NCBI RefSeq assembly: GCF_963506605.1
Contig: NC_083281.1
Location: 37,510,001 to 37,574,000, forward strand
Length of the DNA stretch: 64,000 nucleotides
Direction: 5' to 3'
From: Zootoca vivipara
Lineage: Eukaryota
A model generated the notes under the pieces. The model did no database searches and was not told where the DNA came from. It worked only from the letters and a program-made list of their open reading frames with translations. Made by a program: the position numbers and the translations under genes. How positions within the stretch are numbered: the stretch's first letter is position 1; every line of letters starts with the position of its first letter. Positions 25,418-37,082 of the stretch are shown here, in pieces.

Positions 25418-25795
25418 CATAGAATCAAAGAGTTGGAAGAGACCACAAGGGCCATCCAGTCCAACCCCCTGCCAAGCAGGAAACACCATCAAAGCATTCC
25501 TGACAGATGGCTGTCAAGCCTCTGCTTAAAGACCTCCAAAGAAGGAAACTCCACCACACTCCTTGGCAGCAAATTCCACTGTCGAACAGCTCTTACTGTC
25601 AGGAAGTTCTTCCTAATGTTTAGGTGGAATCTTCTTTCTTGTAGCTTGAATCCATTGCTCCGTGTCCGCTTCTCTGGAGCAGCAGAAAGCAACCTTTCAC
25701 CCTCTTCTATATGACATCCTTTTATATAATTGAATATGGCTATCGTATCACCCCTTAACCTTCTCTTCTCCAGGCTAAACATACCCAGTTCCCTG
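25418..25795 (-). mobile_element. Young CR1 LINE 3' fragment
   Basis: Open CR1 ORF2 C-terminus LRELGMFSLEKRRLRGD...RSNGFKLQERRFHLNIRKNFLTVRAVRQWNLLP plus 3' tail. Confidence 0.92.
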
Positions 25796-26030
25796 AGAGC
25801 ATCTGGCTCTCCTGCCAGAGATGGAGGACACCTGGCTCCGGAGTGTGTGTTTGCAAGATTGGGCCAAAAGCCCTTTGAATTAGTACACAAAATGGCATTT
25901 CTCATTTTTTAAAAAAAAGTACCTCTTCCGGCTTTCCATTAGGGCAACATTTTATTTTTTTAAATAGAAAACGTACTGTAGCCTCCACAGAAGTATTCTT
26001 AACACAGCTCTCCCTTCTGTTTCCTGGCAG

Positions 26031-26144
26031 CACAATTTCTCTGCCGTGATGCATTTTGCGGGCCTCAAGGCTGTGGGAGAGTCTGTCCAGATACCGCTGG
26101 AATATTACAAAGTGAACTTGACTGGGACCATCCGACTGCTGGAG
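26031..26144 (+). CDS. GALE: GALE coding exon 3
   Basis: 114 nt, HNFSAVMHFAGLKAVGESVQIPLEYYKVNLTGTIRLLE; gtaagc donor. Confidence 0.97.
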
Positions 26145-26621
26145 GTAAGCAGGAACATGGCCTATTCCACCTGGGTTTGTAAGGCTTCTGTTATAAGTCT
26201 GGGTTTGCAGGAGGATGTCAGATGCATGAGGCCCATCTTGCGTGTGGTGCAGATGCCCGTCAGAGCAGCCCAAAGGTGCTTCCGGCATCACGTGCGACAG
26301 GCTTTCCATAGTGTCACTCAGGCCTGGAGGAAGGCTGGGCAGGGGTTGGATTTGGCCCGTCCTGGCCTGGGGAAGTGCTGTTCCCCCGTTATCAAGGCTT
26401 CCTCCTGCTCTTGAGGAATCACTTTCAAACAGAACCCCTGCTAAATGGCGCCTGGCTAGCTCAGTGCCCTTTGACCTTTGCTCCCCGACTCTTGTTGGAC
26501 TCAGACTCCCATAATCCTCAGCTATCTCAGTGGTTAGGGATGATGGAAGTTGCAGTCCAAGAACATCCAGAGACATCTGGAGGAAGAGCACTGAGCTTAG
26601 GTTGTCTGCATTCTTCCGCAG

Positions 26622-26798
26622 GCCATGAAAGTGCACGGGGTCAAGAACATTGTGTTCAGCAGCTCAGCCACAGTATACGGCGACCCGGCCTACCTCCCCC
26701 TTGACGAAAACCATCCTGTCGGAGGCTGCACAAACCCTTACGGGAAATCCAAGTATTTCATCGAGGAGATGATCCGAGACTTGTGCAAGGCAGAGCCG
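26622..26798 (+). CDS. GALE: GALE coding exon 4
   Basis: 177 nt with FSSSATVYG and catalytic YGKSK (YxxxK); gtgagt donor. Confidence 0.97.
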
Positions 26799-26872
26799 GT
26801 GAGTGAGCAACGTACCCCACCACCAACCCCCTTATAACGCAGGGGTACAATTGTCCTCAGCAGTATTTTCTG

Positions 26873-27311
26873 GGTTATTTTCCTTTTTTTTTCTTCTAAA
26901 ATAATCTTTATTGTAATTTTTGCAAAAACTCATATAGCATTAATTTCAATACGTGTTACTTATTTCATTACTTCTGGAACTAATGGAAAGAAAGGCATAT
27001 ATATTAAGAATCCACAAGTCCATGGCCTTATAATAGCATCATAAGCCTATACATTTAGCTCAATTTATCTGCTCCAGTATATAAAAACATATATTTAAAA
27101 TATAATTGACATAAGCCAGAGATTGGTTACAAGTAATTCCATATAAATGAATTGTGTCTGGGCATATAATATTTACGTGGATCATTGATCCATGGCCACC
27201 AAACTGGCCACATCCTCAGAAGTGGCTTTACCTCTTTGTACCTTGGAGTGATGTGTTAGTTTTTCTGATACCACTATAAAGAAAAGCTTTTTATCTCATG
27301 CCTCTGAAGTC
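26873..27311 (-). mobile_element. 5'-truncated L1-clade LINE 3' end
   Basis: Minus strand carries a decayed ORF2-like C-terminus (..KLFFIVVSEKLTHHSKVQRG..), an AT-rich UTR, AATAAA and an A tail. Confidence 0.6.
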
Positions 27312-27383
27312 AGACTTGTGCAAGGCAGAACTGGAAAGCAAGTCTGCCCTACACCCAGGGTCCTCCTGGGCAGTATTTTCTGA

Positions 27384-27593
<210 letters not shown>

Positions 27594-27638
27594 TAACTCC
27601 TGTGCCTTCCTGTCGTTTATTCCTTCTGTTCACTCCAG

Positions 27639-27705
27639 GTGGCTGTGGGGCGCCGAGAGTACCTGAGTGTATTTGGGGATGACTATGAGACAGTGGATGG
27701 GACCG
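27639..27705 (+). CDS. GALE: GALE coding exon 6
   Basis: 67 nt, VAVGRREYLSVFGDDYETVDGT; ccag acceptor, gtgagt donor. Confidence 0.96.
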
Positions 27706-28540
27706 GTGAGTTGCTTGGAATCACCCTAGCTTGAAAGGAACGATGCTCCCACCTCCAAATCTACATGAAATACGGGACTGGGAAGTTTGGAGATGTGGAA
27801 GCCGGAGAGGTTATGGGGCCTCTAACCCAAGTGGTTTATAGACACACATAAGCACGGGGGTGTTTTCTCTTTTTGTGTTCTAGGGCAGAGATGGGAAAAC
27901 TTTAAGGGGAACCTTTTGAGGGTCACAGGCCAGTGAAGGGCAGGGCCAGGAACAGCAAGCATGGGTGGAGCAATGAACATGAATTGTCCCTTTATATGAT
28001 AGGCTAGTTTTGAAACACCCGTCTCTTGTCTTCCATCCAGGCAACCAAGAAGCAGAGCACATTCCAGCCAGGCGAAAGCCGTCTGGTTGCAAACCGTAGC
28101 CTGTGAGGGGTGTGGCCTGGGGAGAGTTTCACTCCCACAGTCGTTTAACAATCAGTCCCTCTTCCCAGCAAACTCTGGGAATTGAAGCACTGGGAGGGGA
28201 ACAGCACCCTTGGCAAACTGCAATGCCCAGAATTCTTTTTTGGCAGCCCTGTTTAAAATCAAACTTGGCAAATCCATGATCTGCTTGGAAAATCTTCCCT
28301 GGGTTGTTTCTTTCATTTCATAGCAGGATAGCATCAGTATTTATCATCTCTCCTTCTGATGATAAACCAGTTCAGCCTTCATCATCCTGGTGGTGACCCA
28401 GCAAGCTGGGGCTTATGGGACTTGTAGTCCAGATCATCTGGAGGCTACCAGGTTGGCAAAGGTTGAACTAAGTAAGATGTAGGCCTACCCAGATGGGGTG
28501 GACAGTGCACTGGCTGATGGGTTTCCTCCTTCTTCTGCAG

Positions 28541-28626
28541 GAGTCCGGGATTACATCCATGTGGTGGACCTGGCTAAAGGCCACATTGCAGCTTTGAAGA
28601 AGCTCAAGGAGAACTGTGGCTGCAAG
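28541..28626 (+). CDS. GALE: GALE coding exon 7
   Basis: 86 nt, (G)[28 protein letters not shown]. Confidence 0.96.
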
Positions 28627-29099
28627 GTAGGGAAGTGCATAGACTTGGTCAGAAGCCCTGCTTCCATCCCTGCTGTGTTCTGCTGGGGCTCTCGTCAACT
28701 GAGCCTCCGTCACCTGGATTTTGGGAGCATCCTTGCTTGCAGACTCCAGGCACTTCTCCTAATTTGTTCAGGAGACTGGCTCAGTTTAGGCAGGGGTGTG
28801 TTCAAAATTTTGCGCCAAGAAAGTTCCACCACCCTATATTATGATGCACACTTCCCGTTTCACATAATGCTTTTTCCATGAAGACTTTGGCATGGCCCCC
28901 TAGTTACTTCCCACAACCTACAGAAACTAAGCTCTAGGGACGTGTACCTGAAAACTGAATGCATTTCCTTCCTATAGACCCTTCCCTTGTTGTGCCGTTT
29001 TTCTTATATTTGTAAGTTCCTGGGGACAGGCACCTAGAAAGTGCCGCACAGTGAAATAAGGTCGACAAAGCCTTTGTCACAAGAGTTGCATCTTTGCAG

Positions 29100-29177
29100 A
29101 TATACAACCTTGGAACCGGAACTGGCTACTCAGTCCTGCAAATGGTGAAGGCGATGGAGAAGGCGTCAGGAAGAGAG
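29100..29177 (+). CDS. GALE: GALE coding exon 8
   Basis: 78 nt, [26 protein letters not shown]. Confidence 0.96.
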
Positions 29178-30421
29178 GTAGAGTATCGGGACAACTTGGG
29201 TTCCAGGAGGGGGGGTTGAACTCCTGTTGGGGTCTAGGTAAAGGAGACCAGAGAGAGGAAGGCATTGCCAATTGGCCAACCCTCGCTGGGCCCACCACGA
29301 AACAGGAGTCTGGTTCAGCCTTCCCCAACCTGGTGCCCTCCAGATGTTCAAGGACACATTCCAGCAATGCAAAAGCACTCGAGAGTGGAGCCAGGCCAGG
29401 AAGGGGAGTGGCCTGGAGAAGTCCTGCATTTTGCCCCTGGACTGGAGGCTCCCCACCCATTTTAGCACTTACCAGACCATTGCCAGGCTGTTCTGTTCGC
29501 AGTGCTAGTTATGACAGCAAAATCAGGTTCGCTATCAAGCCAGGTCTCCATATATGGCTGGTGGGCTGCATCCACTTTTCTGCAGGGCTGGGGAGAACGT
29601 GTGGTCCTTTCTAGATGATGTTGGGGATGATGGGAATTGGAATTAAATGACTTGCCACAGGTTCCCACCCCTGCTTTAAGGGCTCATAGGCTATTTAGCC
29701 TGTGCTAAAATAATAAATGCCTGCAATATCTGGGGTAGCTTTCAGTATTTTGGGATCCAAAATCTGCCTCCTTTGATATGAGGCAAACATGGCCTCTTTG
29801 ATCTGCGACCCTGTTTAAAAAGAGTTGACATAATACTGTGGCTGGAATGTGTATATTGGGACTATAGAGAGGCTCATTGCTCCCCTCTGCCAGTGGCAGG
29901 ACCAGCCCACCTACTATGCAGAATGCAGGGTGCTTTTGATGGGACCAGCCAACATTTTGGTCTAGGAGCCTCACACTGTAGTAGAGAACTTCAACCAGCC
30001 CTTTAGTCTTCTGGAAGGAATGCTGTTGTGGTTAGGTTGCACATTATTGAATATTAAGCAGCTTATCAATGATTGCCTTTAAATAAATGAAAAAAATGCT
30101 CTCCCCAGTGAGGTCCACCAGGAACCATCATTAACATCCTTCCAACTCTCTTCTCCTATGCATTTGATGGCTTATGATAAATGTTTTGTTTATTGCTGCT
30201 GACAATTTGCTTCACTGTAACGCATAATTTTTTCATTTTCATTCTTTGCCTGTGGCACTTACCGTAATTTGTTCCTTTGTCTCTGAGAGGGTTTTATTTT
30301 GTAGTGAGAGACTAATAAATCAAAATTATGGTACTATTAATAGTAATGTGTCTTATCATCTTGGTTGCTGCCCCTGGTCGGTTTCCCATCGCTTAATGAC
30401 AGGCTGCCGTCTTTCTTCTAG

Positions 30422-30536
30422 ATAAACTACAAGATCGTTGCACGTCGGGAAGGAGACATTGCCTCCTGTTACGCCAACCCTGCCCTAGCTGAACGGGAGC
30501 TAGGCTGGAAAGCTGTTTTTGGCCTGGACAAAATGT
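30422..30536 (+). CDS. GALE: GALE coding exon 9
   Basis: 115 nt, [38 protein letters not shown]; the gatekeeper Cys in ASCYA is retained. Confidence 0.96.
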
Positions 30537-31091
30537 GTAAGTGGAGCCTCCCCACCGAGGACCATCTGCTTGCTCCTTTTCTGCCAGCTGTTGCCTCCCC
30601 CTTCTTTATTCCTAGAGGCAGAAGCTGGAGAAACAAATGGGTTTCCATTCCCTCCTCATTTCACCCAAGTTGCTTCACTCGCCACTGTTCATTCACATGG
30701 AGTCTCATAGGAGTGGGGTGTTGCATTGACATCTGCATGAAAAGAATCCTGCAGGGTCAGACCTTCAGCCCAGCTAGCCTAGCATCCTGCTCTCACAGCA
30801 GCCAACCAGGTGCCTCAATGGGAAGCCCACAAGCAGGACCAGAGCGCAACAACATCTCTCCCCCTTTGCAATTCCCAACAACTGGTATTCAGAGCTATAT
30901 GCAGCCTCTGGCACTGGAGGTAGATCATAGCTATCATAACCCAGTAGCCATTTTTAGTTTTATCCTCCACGGATTTGTCTAATCTCTCTGCAAATCAAGG
31001 AAAGGACCTTCTCTGTAGTGGCACCCACCCACATGGCATGGTAGCGAATTCCAGTCTAACTCATTGCCGTTATTCTCTTGCCCTTTTCCAG

Positions 31092-31147
31092 GTGAGGACT
31101 TGTGGAGGTGGCAGTCACAGAACCCCACTGGCTACAGCAAGAACTAG
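31092..31147 (+). CDS. GALE: GALE terminal coding exon
   Basis: (C)EDLWRWQSQNPTGYSKN-TAG; exons sum to 1044 nt = 347 aa + stop. Confidence 0.96.
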
Positions 31148-31448
31148 CGCCTGGAAGATGTTGCCTGTCCTCCCCAGTGCGTGGCTGCCGTGGCACAAGG
31201 ACAATTCCAAGGGCTGTTTTGCTTTTCACTCAGGGAAGATGGTGGTTCCTGCTCATTCCTTCCCCTGCCCTTCTTCCTCTTCATAACAGACCAAATAGAC
31301 TCAGGAAGGTTAAGATTATTTTGGCCTTTTGCTGTACCCAGTTCTCTCTTTCTCTTGTGCCTTCTCCCTGAATCTTCTCTGCCAGCCAGGTTGGTACCAA
31401 ACAGGGAGCGAGGAGCTCTGACCCTCCCATTGAGTGGGAAGACTGACA

Positions 31449-31454
31449 AATAAA
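31449..31454 (+). terminator. GALE polyadenylation signal (AATAAA)
   Basis: Canonical hexamer ~300 nt after the stop; GT/T-rich tract at ~31510. Confidence 0.65.
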
Positions 31455-32501
31455 AAGGTCCAATGGGAGCCCCCATGAAGGATGTCAAGCTCCCCTCATT
31501 GGGGACAAACTTGGTTTATTTGGTTTTAAAGAGTCCACCCTCTGTTGCCAGGTTCTTGAGAGGTCCTGATGGAAGCAGGCTGCTCCATGAGGTTCTGAGC
31601 TGTGGGAAGAGGCTGCATGGAGGTACGAGTGTTAAGATGTAGTTGGAAAAGGACAGCTAGGTCCATGGAGCCTTGCCATTTACTCCCTGGCTTCCTGTTT
31701 CTCAACTGTAATGCCTTCTGTAAATCAGAGGTGGGGAACCTGTGGCCCTCTAGGTGTGGCTGCACTACAGCTCCTCATCATCCCGGACCACTGGCTGTGC
31801 TGGCTGGGGCTGCTGGGAGTTAGCTGTCCAGCAGGTTCCCCAATACTGATGTGACAAAGCAGTAGCAGGAGAGAAGTACACCAACTCTTTGGCAGGTGAG
31901 TCAGTGAACTTTCAGGCTTATAGTTTGGTGCACCTTTGAGCCCATGCTAGGTCAAGTGACCCTTAGCAGGGTGGGCCACAGACTGCAAGGGGTCACTGAG
32001 GCCTTGAGGCTGGGATGAAAATCAAGAGAGGAAAAAGAGGGGCGTTAGTTCTGAGGGTATGTCTACCACCTGTGGGAAAATGTGCTTTTCAGATTAGATC
32101 AAGGGGTGCCCCCCCCAGAAAGCTTTGGACTGCAACTCCTATCATTCCCGAGTATTGGCTGTGCTGCCTAGAGCTGATGGGAGTTGTAGTCCACAACAGC
32201 TGGACAGCACCAGGATAGGGAAATCTGGTTTGGATTGTTACTCTTCAACAGGGCAGGAGGCTGCTCCTAAGCAAGCTTGGAGGGGACAAATACTGCAGCT
32301 GAATAGGAATGTAGTAACCTTTTGAAGTATCTTCTAGCAGGCAGAGGCTAAGCAAACAGGGTTGCTGTAAAGGTTGAGCCCAAACTATAATTAATGCTGG
32401 CTTTAGGGCTGTAGCTGCAATGGAGGTGGAAGGAGGTAGAATCCCAGCTTGCACTGCACTAGATAATGAGGCAAATAGCTGACCTCTCATTAAGCATAAT
32501 T

Positions 32502-32813
32502 GCCTAGGGCTTGCAGATCAGAAGGTCGGTGGTTCGAATTCCTGCGATGGGGTGAGCTCCTGTTGCTCGGTCCCTGCTCCTGCCAACCTAGCAGTTCGAA
32601 AGCACGTCAAAGTGCAAGTAAATAAATAGGTACTGCTCCGGCAGGAAGGTAAACGGAGTTTCCATGCGCTGCTCTGGTTCACCAGAAGCGGCTTTGTCAT
32701 GCTGGCCACATGACCCAGAAGCTGTACGCCGGCTCCCTCGGCCAATAAAGCGAGATGAGCGCTGCAACCCCAGTCATCCGCGACTGGACTTAATGGTCCC
32801 TTTAACTTTACCT
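32502..32813 (+). mobile_element. Sauria SINE (5' clipped)
   Basis: ggttcgaat B-box, ctgccaacctagcagttcgaaagcac body, tttaactttacc tail. Confidence 0.9.
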
Positions 32814-34372
32814 AGCCCCATAAAAACCAGAATCCATTGAGTCCTGTCAAATTCAGAACTGGCCACAATATTGCTATTCCTCTCCCCCTAGGGTGAAGAT
32901 GAGTGCCAAGGACTCACGAAATGACCCCCTTCTTGCAGGTGGCAGTGGAAGTGAGGGGCAGGCAATGTATGGTGGTGGAGCAGGGCAGGGGACAGCACAT
33001 TCCTAAGTTCCTCTTTGTTCATTGTCACTGTGACAGTTGGTGCAAAAATCCATGTTAATTGCTTTGGTCAAGTAGAGAGACAGGCTATGGTCAGCCTGGA
33101 AACTCAAAAGCCTAGTCTTGCACCAACTAGCTCAGTTCACCATCACACTTGGGATTTCTTTGGAACTGCCCTCCTGCCATGACTGATGATCAGTGTAGCA
33201 TCCCTACTACCAGAGACCAACCTTCCTCTTTCTATATTTAATGTATTCTGAGGCAGGGCATGTTTTCCTAAACCAGCCACATTTCTTGCCCCCATTGGAA
33301 CCAATTATTTTGGCCTCTCTAGTGATCACCCACCACCAGTTTATAAGTAGCAATCTCTGAAGCATTATGAAAAAATTTGGTGGGGTACGGATTAAAAAAG
33401 AAAAAGAAACCAGTTGCAAAAATGGAGCATCAGCTAGGATTTGCTTGGTAGAATAAGTTCCTCTTTCTGGTCTGCTTTTATCTGTTGCAACTAACTCGTA
33501 TTCACACAGCAGTTTCTGTTGCAGCCAAATCAAAATCCTGCTGCAGTCATCTTGCAGCAGATAAAATTACTCCAGTAGCAAAGTTGTGTGTAGCTACCGC
33601 AGTGGAAAGCCAGATTGTGCACTTAGAAGAAATTGTGTATATAGCAGGTTTCACGAGTACGGAATGTTTTATTAGTGTATAACTTGAGGGCAGAAAGCTT
33701 TGAGAGAAAGAGCTCTACCTGATTGACTGGAGCAATGTCCTTCAACCATGGCTCCCTATCTCTTGTTGGATCACAGCTCACACAATCCACAGCAAGCATA
33801 GTTAATAGTCAGGGATAATGGGAGATGCAGCCCCAGATGTTGGATTACAAGATCAAAGAACTAGAGATTACTCTTTCTACCCTTCTGATCTATTTGTGTG
33901 TCTCCGTTACGGTGCTATTGTTGCCATTGTGTTCCTCCACCTTAAAAAGGACTTGATTTTTTGAAGTTAAAAAAAGAAGTCCAAGGCCAGATTTTGCACC
34001 CATCTCTGTGTTGCTAATAATCTATGATCCGCCCTGCTTGCTGGCAAGCGGTTCACAGGTGAAGTTTTAACTCTCATGCCAGTTGCTAGAAGTTCTTTAT
34101 CCCCACTGTAAGCACCATCCTGTGCCTGCCTATTCAGAAGCAATTCTTAATGTGTTCTGTAGGGCTTGGAAGCTGCATAGCCTTGCCTATTGGAGTGAAC
34201 AAGAGGAGAATCCATTCGAGGCTACCATCTTCCAATGTTTGAAAACTTCATTTTAAGGTCATTGCTCCCGCTGTAAGCTACATATAGAATTGCAGTTGAT
34301 TTTCCCCAATTTTGGTGGGAGGTGGGTAGTGTCATACTATATTCCAACTACGTTGGCAAACATAACCTAGTG

Positions 34373-34694
34373 CAAGGGCTGCCAACCTTTTGGGGCCTGT
34401 GGGGCACATTTGGAATTTTGAGGAAGTGCCAAAATGGCTGCTGGGGGTGGCCTAATTTCCCTGTTCAGAGCAGCAGAGATGGCAGGTGCCCACTCCTGGG
34501 CAGCCAAAAGTAGGTAGGCATATTTAAAGGGGCGTATTCAACGTAGGAGAAGCCAAGCCAAGTGCAAACACAAATTGAACAGGAAGATCAAACAGTCTCT
34601 TATGTTATATATATTTACCAAGACCTTTTCCAGGCACAGTAGGTGATACCGGCTGGCACATTAGCACTTGTATGTGGCGTGTTGGCAACCTCTG
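34373..34694. mobile_element. hAT-type MITE
   Basis: caagggctgccaac / gttggcaacctctg; TSD acctagtg / ccctagtg. Confidence 0.65.
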
Positions 34695-35513
34695 CCCTAG
34701 TGAGTTACGGTGCCCTGAAGAATGGCCATTTAGGAGCCTAGCTTTTTAAAGAACTCTTAAATCTGCACTGAAACATTTCTTTGAGCACCATCAACTGAAT
34801 GTGCATATAATTTTTAATGTAGGCAGAAGTATTTTAGGGCAAATTAGAAGATCAATAAAAAATAGGCACTTTATTAAAATTGTGCTGAGTAAGTGACGCA
34901 TAATGATCACTGCCGCCGCCGCCGCCAGAAACATGGCCAAGTAGCACTGATCCTTCGAAAAGCAGCCAGATTTTCCTAAGGTCTCAAAAAACATATAGAA
35001 GGGCATTGAAGAAAATGCAATTGAATGATTATTGATAACTATGTTATTCTTAGGGTCATCTGCCTGGAACACATCCCAGATGTTACCAGGAAAATCTAAA
35101 TCTTGCCAGTGTAAATTTGGTGGCTTGAGACTAAGGGGGATGAGGCTTTTAAAAGGTGTGTTTTGTTATATTTTTAGATATTGGAAAATATACACAGAAT
35201 GATTAACACATAGTAGTAATTACTAGGCTCACTTCCAGCTTTTATTATAGCACCAGCAGTAACATGCAAGCACATCCCGGTGGTGAAACAGCGCCCACCT
35301 ACGTCAATGGGACTGTTTGTGAACAAGTGGATTAAGGCTTCCTGCCCCAAAGCCAGGTATTTACAAGGCCTTGCCTAACATACTCTGAGATAGCAGAGTA
35401 AGATTAGATTGCCACCTCAAGACGCACAAGGCATCTCTCTTTGTTGAGACAAAATATAGGCAACATAAACTTCCTTGTCCTCACTTTGAATGATTAAGAC
35501 AGATGCCTACCAC

Positions 35514-35941
35514 CAGCGGCGATGCAAGCCCCCCTGGTACCAGGGGCGGCACCCCAACCCTTGGCGCGCAGCGTCCCTCTGTAGTGACGTGCTGCGTTGT
35601 GATGTGACTCAGCATGTGTGCTACGGAGGGACGCTGCGCATATGCGTGCTATGGAGCGGGTTTGGCTGCAGCGGTGCTGGAGCTCCGCCGCCGTCAAACT
35701 GCGAGCAAGCCACAGCGCGGAGCAAGTTTTACAGGGTCGCCCTGTAAAACTCGCTCTGCGCCGCAGCTTGCTCGGCTCGCGCTTTGATTCTTTCTGCTCG
35801 CGCAAGGCGGGGGGGGGGGGGGAGGCCAGAGAGGGTGTCAGCGGCCCGCCCCTCGCCTCGCCCAAGCAGAAAGAATCAAGGCGGCGCTGCCCCCGCAGAG
35901 TGGAGCCCGGGGCGCCCCGCCCCCCTATTGCAACACCCCTG
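35514..35941. mobile_element. CpG-rich hAT non-autonomous element
   Basis: TIRs cagcggcgatgcaa / ttgcaacacccctg; perfect 8-bp TSD CCTACCAC (35506-35513, 35942-35949). Confidence 0.85.
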
Positions 35942-37076
35942 CCTACCACACACCCTGGCGATAGCAAGATCTATTGCTATGAGAATGTTGCCTTGGTTGG
36001 GTTACAAGTTTCCTTTGTGGTTGAGGTGGGAGTTCCTGCTCTGCATGTAATGTCCCATCTTCAGTCCCCAAACATCTCGAGCTGAAACAATTCTCAAGCA
36101 ACAGAGATCTTGAAGAGCCAGTGTTAAGCAGAGTAAACAATACTGTCCTCAGGGTCAGCTTAAGAGATCTAGCTGCCAGTGCCAGAAAGACAAAATAACA
36201 CATGCACACCCCAAGTGGCAGCTCACCCTTACTTCAGTGCTGGTGATGGAACAGCATTCTCCACTGTAGCTGGTGAAAGGCGGATCACAAGGCACAGGCA
36301 CACAGCGCTAGCCAACACTTTGTTGCTGCTCCCTACCTCTTCAACACCTGCCTAACAGTAGAGCTGGCCCTGACTCAATGAGAAGGGGAAGTTAAGAAAA
36401 ACCCATTCAAACTGAGGGTGTTACATGGGAATAGTATCTCCTACCCACTCTGCTTCTCTATTACATAAAGCCCTTTTGTACATACAGTATTTGGATTCAG
36501 AGCCATTCAGCAGTTAGCCTCAGGAGGCTTTTTTGTGCCACAATAAGGACTAGAACCTTTTAAAATTTAGTAGACAAAAACCAATATTTTCTAGGGAGTT
36601 CATCTTGTGGGTCACATGTTGCACTCTAGAAATCAAAGATGGTAACTTGCAGTTTGTAGAATTCCAGTGTTGCAATAGGTATTTGGGCCTGGACTGGGAA
36701 TATCTGTGATTAAATGCTAGTTCACAAATGAAGCCCACAGGTGGCCTTAGGTGAGTTTTTCTTTCCCCTGCTGCTCATCCTGTAGGAAAGACACGAAAAG
36801 CATAGGTAGCTAATCTGCAACCCTCCAGATGATACTGAACTGCAACTTCCATCAGCCCCAGCCAGCATGGCCAATGGTTGGGGATGATAGGATATGTAGT
36901 TCAGCAATATCTGGAGGGTCACATATCAGCTGCCCCTGGCCTATGATCTACTGCACAGGCTTGTTATTCATCTAAACCAAGAGGCGTACACAGTGCTTTA
37001 AACAATGACTGTAGGAGAAACTGACACATCTTGACTACACTGAAGAAACAAGGTGAGGCACAGATGGTTGTGTTTG

Positions 37077-37082
37077 TTTAAT
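37077..37082 (-). terminator. Candidate LYPLA2 polyadenylation signal (ATTAAA on minus strand)
   Basis: U-rich sequence upstream and GU-rich sequence downstream on the minus strand; marks the edge of the TE-free 3' block. Confidence 0.5.

Noticed and set aside
25489-25905. 138-aa ORF
   Set aside because: CR1 ORF2 C-terminal remnant
25902-26636. 244-aa antisense ORF across GALE exons
   Set aside because: No recognisable domain; runs through a MITE and the antisense of coding exons
35494-36085. 157-aa and 155-aa ORFs over an apparent orphan CpG island, suggesting a hidden gene
   Set aside because: The GC-rich block is exactly bounded by hAT TIRs and an 8-bp TSD; the ORFs are low-complexity by-products of high GC
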